This document shows positions 32,201 through 43,907 of a stretch of DNA of 64,000 nucleotides, one piece after another. Source of the stretch: Nannocystales bacterium (lineage in GTDB: Bacteria; Myxococcota_A; Polyangia; Nannocystales; Nannocystaceae). Numbering within the stretch: position 1 is the first letter of the stretch; each line of letters starts with the position of its first letter. A program made the position numbers and the translations under genes. Below the pieces are notes generated by a model. It was not told the DNA's origin and made no database searches. It saw only the letters and a list, made by a program, of their open reading frames with translations. The stretch is from NCBI GenBank assembly GCA_050633305.1, contig JBOEGF010000019.1:96001-160000 (forward strand), in the 5' to 3' direction.

Positions 32201-33115
32201 TCAGACCGGACCTGGGGCGCGGCCGCGTTTGGGGATCCGCAGTTCGATGCCACCGCCGACCCATGCTCCGCCGAGCGACACGCCACCGCCGGGCTCCGCG
32301 ACCCCCTCGGGTTGGCGGGTCCGATAGCCCATGCCCAGCGTGAAGCCCACGATGACCTTGGGCGTGGGAAGGCCGAGGGTCACAACGGCCGCGGAGTCGA
32401 GGTACGGCCCCATGACGGAAGATGTACGGGCACCGGACTCGCGCGCTCTGCCTTGAACGCGCCCCCAACCTCCCGCCAACTCCGGTCCGAGGTCGACGCT
32501 CCACAACTCTCGGTCCACCACGAAGAAGCGGGGGGAGACAACAAGGCCGACAGCCCAAGCCTCGACCGTCCCTTGCTCGAACGAAGCACGTCCACCTCGG
32601 GCATCCGCGAGTACGCTCCAAGCCATCCGCTGCAGAGGACGCAGTGAAATCCCCACAGAGCCCGTGCCTGCCAGGCGCGGGCTCGCTTCGAGCGGGGCCC
32701 CCAACACCTGGACGCGGACCACAAACGAGACCTTCGCGGGGGCTGACTTCACGGGCTCAGGGGGGCGCGGGGGGGGTTCTGCTGGCGTCGGGTCCTCCGC
32801 CTCTTCGGGCGGTTTCGGTGGTGGCGTCGAGGTCGCAAGTTCTCCGAAGACCAGCGCGAGTGTTCGCTCTTGTCCCGTGAGGTCGGACGCGGGAAGTTGA
32901 CGCGACGCGACGGCTTCCCCGGTGGGGTCGAGGAGCGAGAGCTCGACACGATCGGGTTCGCAACGCAGCTGAAACTTCCACAGGTCGGCCGCATCGTGGG
33001 CCTCGACTGCGATGTAGCGACGCAACGTCTCGGCGCTCACGGCATGACACGCCCCAACGTCGACGGTGGGTTCCACCAGGCCGAGCACGCTCGCGGCGAT
33101 CGCAATCCAGCTCAT
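32201..33115 (-). CDS. Putative outer-membrane/surface protein of the ECF triad
   Basis: GAGGG RBS; signal-like N-terminus; Pro linker; Gly/aromatic beta-strand-like C-half. Confidence 0.7.
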   Translation of the reverse strand: MSWIAIAASVLGLVEPTVDVGACHAVSAETLRRYIAVEAHDAADLWKFQLRCEPDRVELSLLDPTGEAVASRQLPASDLTGQERTLALVFGELATSTPPPKPPEEAEDPTPAEPPPRPPEPVKSAPAKVSFVVRVQVLGAPLEASPRLAGTGSVGISLRPLQRMAWSVLADARGGRASFEQGTVEAWAVGLVVSPRFFVVDRELWSVDLGPELAGGWGRVQGRARESGARTSSVMGPYLDSAAVVTLGLPTPKVIVGFTLGMGYRTRQPEGVAEPGGGVSLGGAWVGGGIELRIPKRGRAPGPV

Positions 33116-33133
33116 GACCCTCTCACTCGGAGC

Positions 33134-34126
33134 TCAAGGCGTCTCGGCAATCGATCGCATCGCGGCCGCATGCACTCCGCGAGGGAACTTCCGTAGGTAC
33201 TCGCCGGCCAAGGTCTTCGCGTCCTTGGACTTCTTCGCCGAAGCGAGGCTTCTTGCCTGACTGGCGAGTGCGTCACTCTCGAGCGCACCGCCCTGCAGAT
33301 GCGGCCGACTCTGCGCAAATGCCCGCGCCGCAGCCCGGTGCCGGCCCCTTCGGCGCTCCACCTTGCCGAGCTGGAACCACGCATTGCCCACGTCGGCATG
33401 TCTCGGGTAGGTGCTGACGAACGACTTGAGTGCCGTCGCAGCGGCGCCCAAGTCTCCCCGAACCCGTGCAGCGTCGGCTTCCCCGAGCAGCGTTTGGGCC
33501 GACGGTTTCCTTCCCATTGGGCGCGATTTCTTGCTCGGTCCGATGCGGGTGCTCTCCACCTCGAGCCGAACAGACTCGCCGCCCTCGAGCTCGATGCGCT
33601 GTCCTGCGTATTTGACGACGACGACCGAGGCGGTGGCTGTGACCCTGTACGCATCCGGGAGGGACTCGACTTCGAACGACGTGCCTTCGCCGCTGATCTC
33701 GATGTCGACTCCCGCCCTCACACTGCCCGTCCACGAGTCGTCGGCGTTGTAGACCCGGCGGCCCTCACGGTGGGCGAGCTGGGCGTTCCCCTGGAGGGTT
33801 GCAGAGCCCGGGTCGGCTTGCTGGGTTGTTGGGTCCTCGGGGGCCGGGGAACGTGCTTGGGCGGATGCATCTTCGAGCCGGCGAGGTTGAGTCGCCGACG
33901 CAACGGGGGGAACGGTGTGTGCCGGGGCGGTCGGGCTCGTCAGCCACCACCAAGTCCCGACACATACGGCGAGCGCGATGGCGGCCCCCGCCTGCATGGC
34001 CTGACGCGTACGAACTCGGCGTTGACGACCGACTTCGATGGCGTCCCACGAGGCCCCGATCTGGGCATCGCTCCACGGCACCGGCTCGAGCTTGGCGGCT
34101 CGGCATGCGTCATCCAGGCGGGTCAT
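33134..34126 (-). CDS. FecR-like anti-sigma factor with C-terminal TPR
   Basis: ATGA overlap with the sigma gene; TM; GTSFEV FecR motif; TPR ending YLRKFPRGVHA. Confidence 0.85.
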   Translation of the reverse strand: MTRLDDACRAAKLEPVPWSDAQIGASWDAIEVGRQRRVRTRQAMQAGAAIALAVCVGTWWWLTSPTAPAHTVPPVASATQPRRLEDASAQARSPAPEDPTTQQADPGSATLQGNAQLAHREGRRVYNADDSWTGSVRAGVDIEISGEGTSFEVESLPDAYRVTATASVVVVKYAGQRIELEGGESVRLEVESTRIGPSKKSRPMGRKPSAQTLLGEADAARVRGDLGAAATALKSFVSTYPRHADVGNAWFQLGKVERRRGRHRAAARAFAQSRPHLQGGALESDALASQARSLASAKKSKDAKTLAGEYLRKFPRGVHAAAMRSIAETP

Positions 34127-34650
34127 GGCTGATGCCACCCTTCCAGCTCTTTCTGTGCCGCCGCGATGCGCCGTTTGACCGTGGCCAGAGAACATCCACA
34201 GAGCTCGGCGACTGCGGCCAGCGGTTCGCCTTCGATGCGCGAGAGGACCCACGGCGACCGTAGACGCGACGGCAGCCGGTCGAGCAACGCAAACAGCGAC
34301 GCGGCTTCGCCCGCTCGGGGCGGAGGCTCGCTCGCCGAGATGCGCAGCAAGTCGAGCATCGCTCGTCGACGACGCTCTCGATCGAGGCGCTTGCCCACCG
34401 TACGGCCGGCGATGACTCCGAGCCATGCCCGAATGCGGGCCGGGTCTCGCAGGCGGTGCAAGGACGCAAACCCGGAAATGAACGTCTCCTGAACGACGTC
34501 TTCGACCCACTCGGGACGACGAGCCAGTCGCCAAACCATCGCAGCGACCTGAGCGTGGTGGCGGTCGTAGAGCTTCTTGTGCGCCGCGGAGTCGCCGTCC
34601 AGCGCTTGCTGGACCAGGCGCGCATCGACGCCGGCGGTCTCTGGCTCCAC
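34123..34650 (-). CDS. ECF RNA polymerase sigma factor
   Basis: Region 2 EDVVQETF...AWL..IA; region 4 EG..LA.VAELCGCSLATVKRRI; GGAG RBS before GTG 34650. Confidence 0.92.
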   Translation of the reverse strand: MEPETAGVDARLVQQALDGDSAAHKKLYDRHHAQVAAMVWRLARRPEWVEDVVQETFISGFASLHRLRDPARIRAWLGVIAGRTVGKRLDRERRRRAMLDLLRISASEPPPRAGEAASLFALLDRLPSRLRSPWVLSRIEGEPLAAVAELCGCSLATVKRRIAAAQKELEGWHQP

Positions 34651-34921
34651 TCGTTCTCCACGCACGTAAGGTGCGTCCGCTGTGCTGGATCGGCTCACGT
34701 GTCGTGCCCGAAGGGTGGACTTTGTGAGGAGCGGCGCCGGCTCCCCCCGTCCAGATCACACGGTAGGCGGTCGTCGAGACGTTGTCCAGACGGGCGGCCG
34801 GCGCCTCCCGACGGCTCGACAACCCATCCGGATGCGCAACATCGCCACACTTGGAAATTTGTGTGGGGCGTACCGGGTCAGCAGCAAAGATCTCGTTCGA
34901 AGGAAGAAAGTCGCGTGGACG

Positions 34922-36205
34922 ATGAGCCGATCGACAGGTGGGACGGCACAACGTCGGCAAGGGGGAGAGTTGTCCAGGTTCAGTCTATTCGCCGCACTGT
35001 TCGTCGTTGCGCCCATGGGGTGCGACAACGCAAACTCAACGGAATCCGACACGGGGGCCGACGCCACCGGAACCACGGGAGGGTCCTCTGGGACCGTGGC
35101 GCTCACCTCGGGGGTTCCGGACCCGGGGACCTCGACGGGGACATCGTCGTCCACGGCCCCGGATGATCCGAGCATCGGAGTCGCAACGGACACCAGTAGC
35201 TCGTCCTCCGACGGGACCTCGGAGTCCAGTTCAGGGGGGGAGGGGATGGTCGCCATGCAGGTCCTCTCCATGCACGGCGGACGCTTCTCTCGTTCATGCG
35301 ACGGCGGCGAGACGTGGAGCGAAATGTGGGAGCAGAATGCCGACGCCGACTGTTTCCACGACCCCGATTCGTTGTACCCGCGCCCCGCGTACGGCAATGG
35401 TGCGTTCGTGGTGCCCTCGGGATGGGGCGACCCGGGCGCGATGTACGTATCGGTCGACGGCGCGAGCTGGGAGCGGTCTCCGAGCCTGGACCTGCTCGGC
35501 GGCGGAACATCGGAGGTCACCGGAGCCGGGGTCTTCTTCGATGGGAGCGAGTTCGGCGTGTTTCGCCGTCTTCGCAGCGAGAACGGCTTCGACTGGTTCG
35601 AACAACGCGACGACCAGCGTCCTCCGGGCGTGGGCAACGTGCGCCGTGTCGCATTCAGCGTCGAGGACGACCTGCTTGTGGTCATCGGCAACGACGACTA
35701 CGTCTACGTCTCGCAGGACTGGTCGCAGACATGGTCGGACCCGACCTCTGCGGTGGGTGTTTGCCAGTCGTCGCAGCACCGTGGCGACATCGCGATCCGC
35801 GAAGGGCAAATCGTCATCGCAGGCGACCTCTTCTGCGTCTCGAACGACGCAGGTGCAACGTGGACGAACACCTGGACACCGCCGTCATCTGCGGCCGACG
35901 TGTTCACGACCCCCAGTGGCTACGTCGCCCTGCACAGTGACGAGTCCGTCTCTTCGAGCATCGACGGCGTGGATTGGAACACGATCGGGCAGATCCCAAC
36001 CGAAGCCAACATGACTGCGGGTGCGTGGTCTGGGGCAGGCGAGGGCTTGGTGGTCTACGTCGCCAACAACAACGGAGACCCCGCGCAGGTCTACACCTCG
36101 GCCGACGGCGGAAAGGACTGGTCCGCGACGGCGACGCTACCCGGGAGCGGTTGTCCTCGAATCAACTTGGAGACGTTCGTCGTCCCACAGGAGCTGTGTC
36201 AATGA
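34922..36205 (+). CDS. BNR/Asp-box (sialidase-like beta-propeller) lipoprotein
   Basis: Repeated S.DGG.TW motifs (SCDGGETW, SVDGASW, SNDAGATW, SADGGKDW); lipobox PMGC; start 34922 or TTG 34970. Confidence 0.82.
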   Translation: MSRSTGGTAQRRQGGELSRFSLFAALFVVAPMGCDNANSTESDTGADATGTTGGSSGTVALTSGVPDPGTSTGTSSSTAPDDPSIGVATDTSSSSSDGTSESSSGGEGMVAMQVLSMHGGRFSRSCDGGETWSEMWEQNADADCFHDPDSLYPRPAYGNGAFVVPSGWGDPGAMYVSVDGASWERSPSLDLLGGGTSEVTGAGVFFDGSEFGVFRRLRSENGFDWFEQRDDQRPPGVGNVRRVAFSVEDDLLVVIGNDDYVYVSQDWSQTWSDPTSAVGVCQSSQHRGDIAIREGQIVIAGDLFCVSNDAGATWTNTWTPPSSAADVFTTPSGYVALHSDESVSSSIDGVDWNTIGQIPTEANMTAGAWSGAGEGLVVYVANNNGDPAQVYTSADGGKDWSATATLPGSGCPRINLETFVVPQELCQ

Positions 36206-37896
36206 AACGCTCGGCAATCATCGCAGCAACGCTGCTGAGTTCCCCCGGTTGCTACGAAGGGCTGACGCGAGATGGCGCCGCGGGCGTCGATACGATGGGC
36301 GCCACCAGTTCTGGTGGAGAACCCGGTGGGGATGATTCGGGTGACTCGGGCGCTGGCACGAGCGCGGACGACCAGCGCCTCTGCGACCAGGTGGGCGTGC
36401 AAGAGCTCCGGATGCTGACCTCGCAGCAGTACGCCAACAGCGTGGAGGCGTTGCTGCCCGCTCCGCTGGCCGCCCAAGCGCTGGAGATCTCCACGTTCCC
36501 TCAGACCCGGATCACGGGCAACTTCTCCACGTTTGCATCCGCGAACCGCGTCAACAGTGACGATGTCGCTCGGATCGAGGCAACCGCCGAGTCGATCGGG
36601 AACCTGGTGCTCGAGGACTTCGAGACCTATGCCCCGCAGCTCGACCCCTGTCTTTCTTCGGGGACCGACGCGGATACCATTGAGGCCTGCATTGACGGCT
36701 TCATCGATACGTTCGGAGCAGCCGCGTTCCGGCGTCCGGTCACGGCTCAAGAGCGCGCGATCGCAACGCACATCTACGAAGACCTGAGAGATAGCGACTC
36801 GTCCGAGGCTGGGTTCGTGGGCGTCGTGCAGTTCGCCCTGCAGGCACCTGGGCTTCTCTATGCTACCGAGCGCGGTACCGAGGCAGTCACGCCGGGACTT
36901 GTCGCGTTGGATGATGACGCGATCGCCACCCGAATGGGGTTGCTGTTCCTCGACGGTCCGCCGGACGAAGAACTCCTTCGTGCCGCCGCGGCGGGGGAGT
37001 TGGGCACGCGCGACGAGGTGTCCCAGCAGGCGCGCCGGCTCGTGGCGGAGCCAGAACTCGTACGGGCGATGACCAGCTTCCACCACGAGTGGCTCCGCGG
37101 TTTCGTTCTCGACGACGAAGAGCGGACGCACCCGTTGTTCACCGACGCGGCCGCGGACGCACTCCGACTGGAGCTGAGGGCGTACGCGCGGTGGTTCGTC
37201 GAGCAGACGGACGGCCGCTTCACGACGCTGATGACCTCGGAGGAGTTCTCGCCAGACACCGCGCTTATAGAGATCTACGCGGCGTCGCCGCCGGGTGCCC
37301 GTGCGGGGTTGCTAACGACCGCTGCCGCAATGGCGTCGCTGTCCGCAGAAGAGGAAACCTCGATCATCCAGCGGGGGCACTTCCTGAGAGAACACGTGCT
37401 GTGTCTGGAGACCGGCAGCCTTCCCGACGATGTCGACACGACCGAACTCGAAGACGCATCGGACCGACCGACCGCACGGGAGAGACTCGAGCCTCTTCTC
37501 AGCAATCCATCGTGCGCGGGTTGCCATGTCACCTTCAACCCTCTTGGCTTTCCGTTCGAGCAGTACGACTGGGTCGGAGCGTTTCGCAGCGAGGAGAACG
37601 GCGCCACGATCGATGCCAGCCTCGATCTCAGCGCCATTCTCGGGCCGGACTACGGACTCGTCAGCGATGCGTCTAGCCTGGTCGGCGAGCTCGCGAACAC
37701 TCCAGTGGCGCAACGCTGTTATGCCCGGCACTGGTTCCGCTACTCGCTGGGTCGGCTCGAGGACGAGTTGGGCGCAGACGAATGCGCCATCGAAGAAATC
37801 TCCAACACATTCATCGACAGCGGCGGTGATGTCCGCGAACTCCTCGTTGCGATCTCCACGTCCACCGCGTTCCGATTCCGAAAGTCCGAGCAATGA
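36202..37896 (+). CDS. DUF1592/DUF1588/DUF1595/DUF1585 family protein with CxxCH motif
   Basis: LRMLT..QY.NSV, F...AFRRPV, GPPD..L..AA..GEL, RG..LRE.VLC, CAGCH..NPLGF.FE.YD.VG.FR; ATGA overlap. Confidence 0.9.
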   Translation: MKRSAIIAATLLSSPGCYEGLTRDGAAGVDTMGATSSGGEPGGDDSGDSGAGTSADDQRLCDQVGVQELRMLTSQQYANSVEALLPAPLAAQALEISTFPQTRITGNFSTFASANRVNSDDVARIEATAESIGNLVLEDFETYAPQLDPCLSSGTDADTIEACIDGFIDTFGAAAFRRPVTAQERAIATHIYEDLRDSDSSEAGFVGVVQFALQAPGLLYATERGTEAVTPGLVALDDDAIATRMGLLFLDGPPDEELLRAAAAGELGTRDEVSQQARRLVAEPELVRAMTSFHHEWLRGFVLDDEERTHPLFTDAAADALRLELRAYARWFVEQTDGRFTTLMTSEEFSPDTALIEIYAASPPGARAGLLTTAAAMASLSAEEETSIIQRGHFLREHVLCLETGSLPDDVDTTELEDASDRPTARERLEPLLSNPSCAGCHVTFNPLGFPFEQYDWVGAFRSEENGATIDASLDLSAILGPDYGLVSDASSLVGELANTPVAQRCYARHWFRYSLGRLEDELGADECAIEEISNTFIDSGGDVRELLVAISTSTAFRFRKSEQ

Positions 37897-39323
37897 TCAA
37901 GCGTCGACGTTTTCTCCGTGGCATGGGCAGCATCGCGGTCGGTCTTCCGCTGCTTCGCAAGTTCATCGATCCCAGCGACGCCCGAGCGGGCGGCAAACTC
38001 GCGGCCCCCAAGCGCATCATCATGTGCGCGTACGAGATGGGGACGATCCGGGACTTGTTTACGCCAAGTGCTGTCGGGAGTTCGTTCGACTTCGGCACGG
38101 TCACGCAGTCGATGGAGCCCTTCAAGGCGCGGTCGATGGTGGTGACCAATCTGAACAACGCCGTTGTCGAACTCACCGGTGGCTCCGCCGGACACCCAGG
38201 CAAGAGAGAGTCGGTCTTCTCGGGGACGCTGATGACCGGAGCCTTCAGCGGGGACGGTAGCAGCCGCATCGAGAATATCATCAGCTCGTACAGCCCAGGC
38301 ACCCAAGACCACGCGCCCAACGGCCCAACGGTCGAGACTGTCATCGGAGACCGCCTGCGGCACGGAGGTCACCTACGCAGCGCCATCAACCTCGGCGTTG
38401 CGACGCGTTCGCAGTCGACGAGCGGCAGCAGCGACTTCTTCTACGAAAGCCCCGAGAACCCGATCACGCTCCAGTACCATCCTGGCAATGCGTTCGACAT
38501 GCTCTTCACAGACGTCTCCGAGGGCGAGAGCGGGCCGGACCCTGCCCTCTTGGCGCTACGACGACGGCAGAAGAGTGTGCTCGATGGAGTCCGCGATGCG
38601 TTCGTCGATCTACGCCAGGGACTGGATGCTCGGGACCGGGCCGTGTTGGACGACCACGCGGACAAGATCCGGCAGGTCGAGCTGGACCTTCCCACCGTTC
38701 AAGCCTGCACCATCCCCGAGCGTCCGATGGTCGGTGGGGAGGACTCCATCGGCGATGAACTCTCCATGTCGGAGCTCGCCCCCATTCAGAGCCGCCTGAT
38801 GGCGTACGCGATGAGCTGCGACATGGCTCCGGTCGGCCGCTTCGAGTACGGCAACGAGCAGAACCCGTACTTCGGCATCCCACTCGTCGACAGCGCCGTT
38901 GCATCATCCGGGTGGCACAGCCCCATCGTCCACAAGGCCGACGGTTGGGCCTCGCACGACCCCGTACGTATCGCGGGGTTCTCGTTCTACGTTGAGCAGT
39001 TCGCGAACCTTCTGGGCGAACTCGACAGCATCGTCGAAGACGCGGACGGCCGCACGGTGCTGGACAACAGCCTCGTGGTGCTCGGAAGCGACCTTGGCGA
39101 CGGAGACGGGCATCGCGCCCGTGACCTCTCGTTCCTCATCGCCGGCGGGACTGAGCGGGGCCGGTGGCAGTACCACATCGATGGGGACGGCTACGACACC
39201 AACCAGCTACTCGTCACCTTGATGCATCTTGCCGACGCCCGTGACGAGTCCGGCGGACTTCCCGACGAGTTCGGCCTTCAGGGGTTCTCGTCCGGTCCCA
39301 TCGACGCGCTGCTCAACGCGTGA
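37893..39323 (+). CDS. DUF1552 family Tat-exported protein
   Basis: RRRFLRG.G....LPLL twin-Arg signal; SVLD.V..........D...LD.H...IR.VE; G.TVLDNSLV...SD.G.G..H. Confidence 0.9.
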   Translation: MIKRRRFLRGMGSIAVGLPLLRKFIDPSDARAGGKLAAPKRIIMCAYEMGTIRDLFTPSAVGSSFDFGTVTQSMEPFKARSMVVTNLNNAVVELTGGSAGHPGKRESVFSGTLMTGAFSGDGSSRIENIISSYSPGTQDHAPNGPTVETVIGDRLRHGGHLRSAINLGVATRSQSTSGSSDFFYESPENPITLQYHPGNAFDMLFTDVSEGESGPDPALLALRRRQKSVLDGVRDAFVDLRQGLDARDRAVLDDHADKIRQVELDLPTVQACTIPERPMVGGEDSIGDELSMSELAPIQSRLMAYAMSCDMAPVGRFEYGNEQNPYFGIPLVDSAVASSGWHSPIVHKADGWASHDPVRIAGFSFYVEQFANLLGELDSIVEDADGRTVLDNSLVVLGSDLGDGDGHRARDLSFLIAGGTERGRWQYHIDGDGYDTNQLLVTLMHLADARDESGGLPDEFGLQGFSSGPIDALLNA

Positions 39324-39340
39324 TCGGGCGCTGCGCCCGA

Positions 39341-40216
39341 CTATCGGACCGGACAGACGCTGACATCGTCAACGACAATGTCGGCGGCCACGGGGTTGTC
39401 ATCGAAGCTTCCGGCCGACACGGCGACCTGGGCGTTCGTGGGACCATCGCCCCGAGCTCCGCGGGCACGCTCGACCCAGGTGACACCGTCTTCCGAGGTC
39501 TCGAACACGACGTCCACCGGCTCGAACCGAGTGCGAACCCACGGCGTCTGTGCAGGATCGAACGGCTCGGTTAGCAGTTGGTTGACCATGCCATCGGTGA
39601 CAATTCGAGGGCGGAAGTTCTCGTCGATGAGGATGTCGTAGTGCGGCGCAGCGGGGGCTGCGTCGTCTCTCACCCCCAAGAACAGCTGAATCGGGGGTCC
39701 CGGCGGGCGCTGGAGCACGCGCATCCGTACCGCCATCCCTTCGAGGTCGAAGGACTCGCTGATGAGCCCGCGGTAATCATCGGCCGCCGACGTCGGAACC
39801 TGAAACGTTAGCTGGCCGTCGTACGTCAGCTGGACCAAGGAGCCATCTCCGAAGTCACTCCAGGCTGCCGACGGTCCCGCCCCCTCGAAGCTATCCTCGA
39901 GCGCACAGGATCCCGCAGAGCTTCCGGTGGATGAGGAGGAGGTTGACGCATCGCCCGGCCCCGTCGTGCCCTGCGGTTCGATGCCGCTCGAGGATCCTCC
40001 GGTACCGACCTCCGTTCCAGCCTCTGTGCCTGTCTCTGGTCCCGTGACGATGCTGCCCGTGGACGACGAAGACGCCACTCTCCCGTTGGTGCTGCCATCC
40101 GGCGTCCCCGAGGAGCCTTCGTCCTCGCCCCAGAGCACCGTTTGCGGGGGCACGCACCCCAGCCAACACGGCGTGGTCAACAACAGCAGACGTCTCCTCA
40201 CGGGAGGCGTGAACAT
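39341..40216 (-). CDS. Lipoprotein with Ser/Thr linker and ConA/lectin-like C-domain
   Basis: Lipobox WLGC; D.F.G.....W; FETSEDG.TW; start uncertain. Confidence 0.7.
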   Translation of the reverse strand: MFTPPVRRRLLLLTTPCWLGCVPPQTVLWGEDEGSSGTPDGSTNGRVASSSSTGSIVTGPETGTEAGTEVGTGGSSSGIEPQGTTGPGDASTSSSSTGSSAGSCALEDSFEGAGPSAAWSDFGDGSLVQLTYDGQLTFQVPTSAADDYRGLISESFDLEGMAVRMRVLQRPPGPPIQLFLGVRDDAAPAAPHYDILIDENFRPRIVTDGMVNQLLTEPFDPAQTPWVRTRFEPVDVVFETSEDGVTWVERARGARGDGPTNAQVAVSAGSFDDNPVAADIVVDDVSVCPVR

Positions 40217-40268
40217 AGCAGCACCGATCGCGGACGCCAGGTGTGGACTCCACCCGGCGGGGGTCGAC

Positions 40269-41891
40269 TCAGCCCGCAGGCGGTGGCAACGGTGGCGGCT
40301 CTGCGATCTTGGCGACACCGCTCCCGCCCACGTACCCGTAGCTGACATCGTCAGCATGCCCGGAAACCACGATGCCGAAGGGGAGGTCTCCTTCGATGAC
40401 ATGCGGTCCCGCAGCGACGCTGAGGTGGGCATAGCCGAACGCGACGCCGTCGACCTGTCCCATCGGAGTGAGCGACGCTGGGACCGGGGAGCCGTCGAGG
40501 GTCAGGACGGTGTCCGCTGGCGCGGCAACGGTGACGTAGTTCGACGCGTAGCCCTGTGGCATCAAGAAAACATAGCGGTCTTGAAACTGCTCCACGGCGG
40601 CGAGGAGCATCATCGATGGGTCTCCGGGTCTCCCTCCGAGGCCGCCGAAGTACTGGTTGCTGAGGAGAAACTGGGAGACCGCGAACGGTTCGCCATCCGC
40701 CGAGCGAACGGAGAACGCCACGTCGGTGATGAAGGCGACCGTTTCGTAGGCGTCGATGGTCGCGGGTGCCCCTTCGGGAGCGATGGGGCTGTACTCGAGC
40801 ACGGTGCCATCCGCCGCCCCAGTTACGCGAAACATCGAGGCGTCGTTGCCCGAGCCTTGGGCCGCAGCCGCGGGCGCCGCGACGTACCCGGATCCCCACG
40901 CGGTGAGCGGGAGCATCTGGTGCTCGACGTGGTCGGCACAACACGAGGCGTTGATGCTTGGCTCCGATGTGGCGACGCTTCCGGAGAACACCGCGACGGG
41001 GGCATCGGCCACGACACGGCTTCCCGAGAGGTTGCCGAACGAAGGCGCGCCGCGTTCGGAGGAGATCGCGGTGAGGACCTGCCCGCGGTCAAGCACCACA
41101 TCGGTGACCGAGCCGGGGTGGAGCTCGGCGGTGGGGAACAGCGTGACGGTGGTTCCGTCCTCGGTCGCGACGACAGACACGAACGCTCCCGTGTTGGCGT
41201 CGGAAGCGGAGAACGCGTCGGAGGACGCCAGGGTCGCGTCGGCCGTGATCGCGGTGTAGTCCTGGTCCAGAACGTGGGCGGGAAAGAGGATCGTCGCGTC
41301 GTTGGAGTAGACGGGGTTGGTGTTGTCCAGCGGCTGGAACTGGTACGCGGTGATCGGGACGTCGGTCACGATGCGATACGCGGTGCCGTCTGCTGTTGTC
41401 GCGCCCGGAGTCACGCTCATCGTGGGCAGTTGGAACACCCGCATGGCGTCGGAGGGCACGGTTCCCGAGTCGATGGGGGTCTCGCTCGAGCCCACGAAAA
41501 TCTCGACGTTGGCGGTCTGCTCGGGCAGAGAGTTGGTCACGACGAGGGCGAACTGCTGGTCATGGGGGGTGACGGCCAGCGGAGCGGAAGAGACGTTGGG
41601 CAGGTCGACGGCCCAGAACTCGCAACCCTGGTTGGTGGGCAAGTCTTCGAGGTCGTCACAGCTCGCCTCCGACGGAGGCGTCGTGTTGCCCACGTCTGGC
41701 GCGATTCCAATGTCGAGCTTGTCGCCGTCCTCGCCGGTCTCGTCTTCGCCGCCAGAGGACGTTGACGAGGCGGGCTGCATCGTGTCGGAGGCGCTCGACG
41801 TGTCACCCGCGAATGCGTCGTCACGCGGAGGGTCGCTGCATCCCGCGACGAGCGAGCAGGCGAGGACCCAGCGAGTTCGGCACAGACGCAT
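40269..41891 (-). CDS. IgGFc-binding protein N-terminal domain lipoprotein
   Basis: Lipobox VAGC; NQGCEFWAVDL, YQFQPL...SNDA, ADAPVAVFSG, DHVEHQMLP..AWG, GDPSM, SYGYVGG. Confidence 0.88.
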   Translation of the reverse strand: MRLCRTRWVLACSLVAGCSDPPRDDAFAGDTSSASDTMQPASSTSSGGEDETGEDGDKLDIGIAPDVGNTTPPSEASCDDLEDLPTNQGCEFWAVDLPNVSSAPLAVTPHDQQFALVVTNSLPEQTANVEIFVGSSETPIDSGTVPSDAMRVFQLPTMSVTPGATTADGTAYRIVTDVPITAYQFQPLDNTNPVYSNDATILFPAHVLDQDYTAITADATLASSDAFSASDANTGAFVSVVATEDGTTVTLFPTAELHPGSVTDVVLDRGQVLTAISSERGAPSFGNLSGSRVVADAPVAVFSGSVATSEPSINASCCADHVEHQMLPLTAWGSGYVAAPAAAAQGSGNDASMFRVTGAADGTVLEYSPIAPEGAPATIDAYETVAFITDVAFSVRSADGEPFAVSQFLLSNQYFGGLGGRPGDPSMMLLAAVEQFQDRYVFLMPQGYASNYVTVAAPADTVLTLDGSPVPASLTPMGQVDGVAFGYAHLSVAAGPHVIEGDLPFGIVVSGHADDVSYGYVGGSGVAKIAEPPPLPPPAG

Positions 41892-41962
41892 CTCGAATTG
41901 ATACTCCGCGGCGCCGGCACGCGCTACCACCGACCGTCGACGCGGAGCCCCGTGTGGCCGAG

Positions 41963-43690
<1,728 letters not shown>

Positions 43691-43713
43691 GCCCGGGGTT
43701 GTAGCACGGCTCG

Positions 43714-43844
43714 CTGAGAGGGAGACTTCACGGTCTCCCTCTCAGGGGCAGCTAAGCTGCCCTCGCTTCACCTGGAGAGTTTCGCGAAGCGATTCGCGGA
43801 AGTGCCGAGCGAATCCGAAGCGATTCGCGGAGCACCTCTGGTGG
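43714..43844. repeat. Multi-hairpin intergenic element (REP/MITE-like or structured RNA)
   Basis: Perfect 13-bp stem ctgagagggagac/gtctccctctcag; gggcagc-taa-gctgccc; gaagcgattcgcgga twice. Confidence 0.55.
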
Positions 43845-43907
43845 TCGCCCCGTCGGGCTCGCTCCAGTGCCCGCAAGTGAGCGAAAGCGCCGTCGCTCCC
43901 TCCAAGA

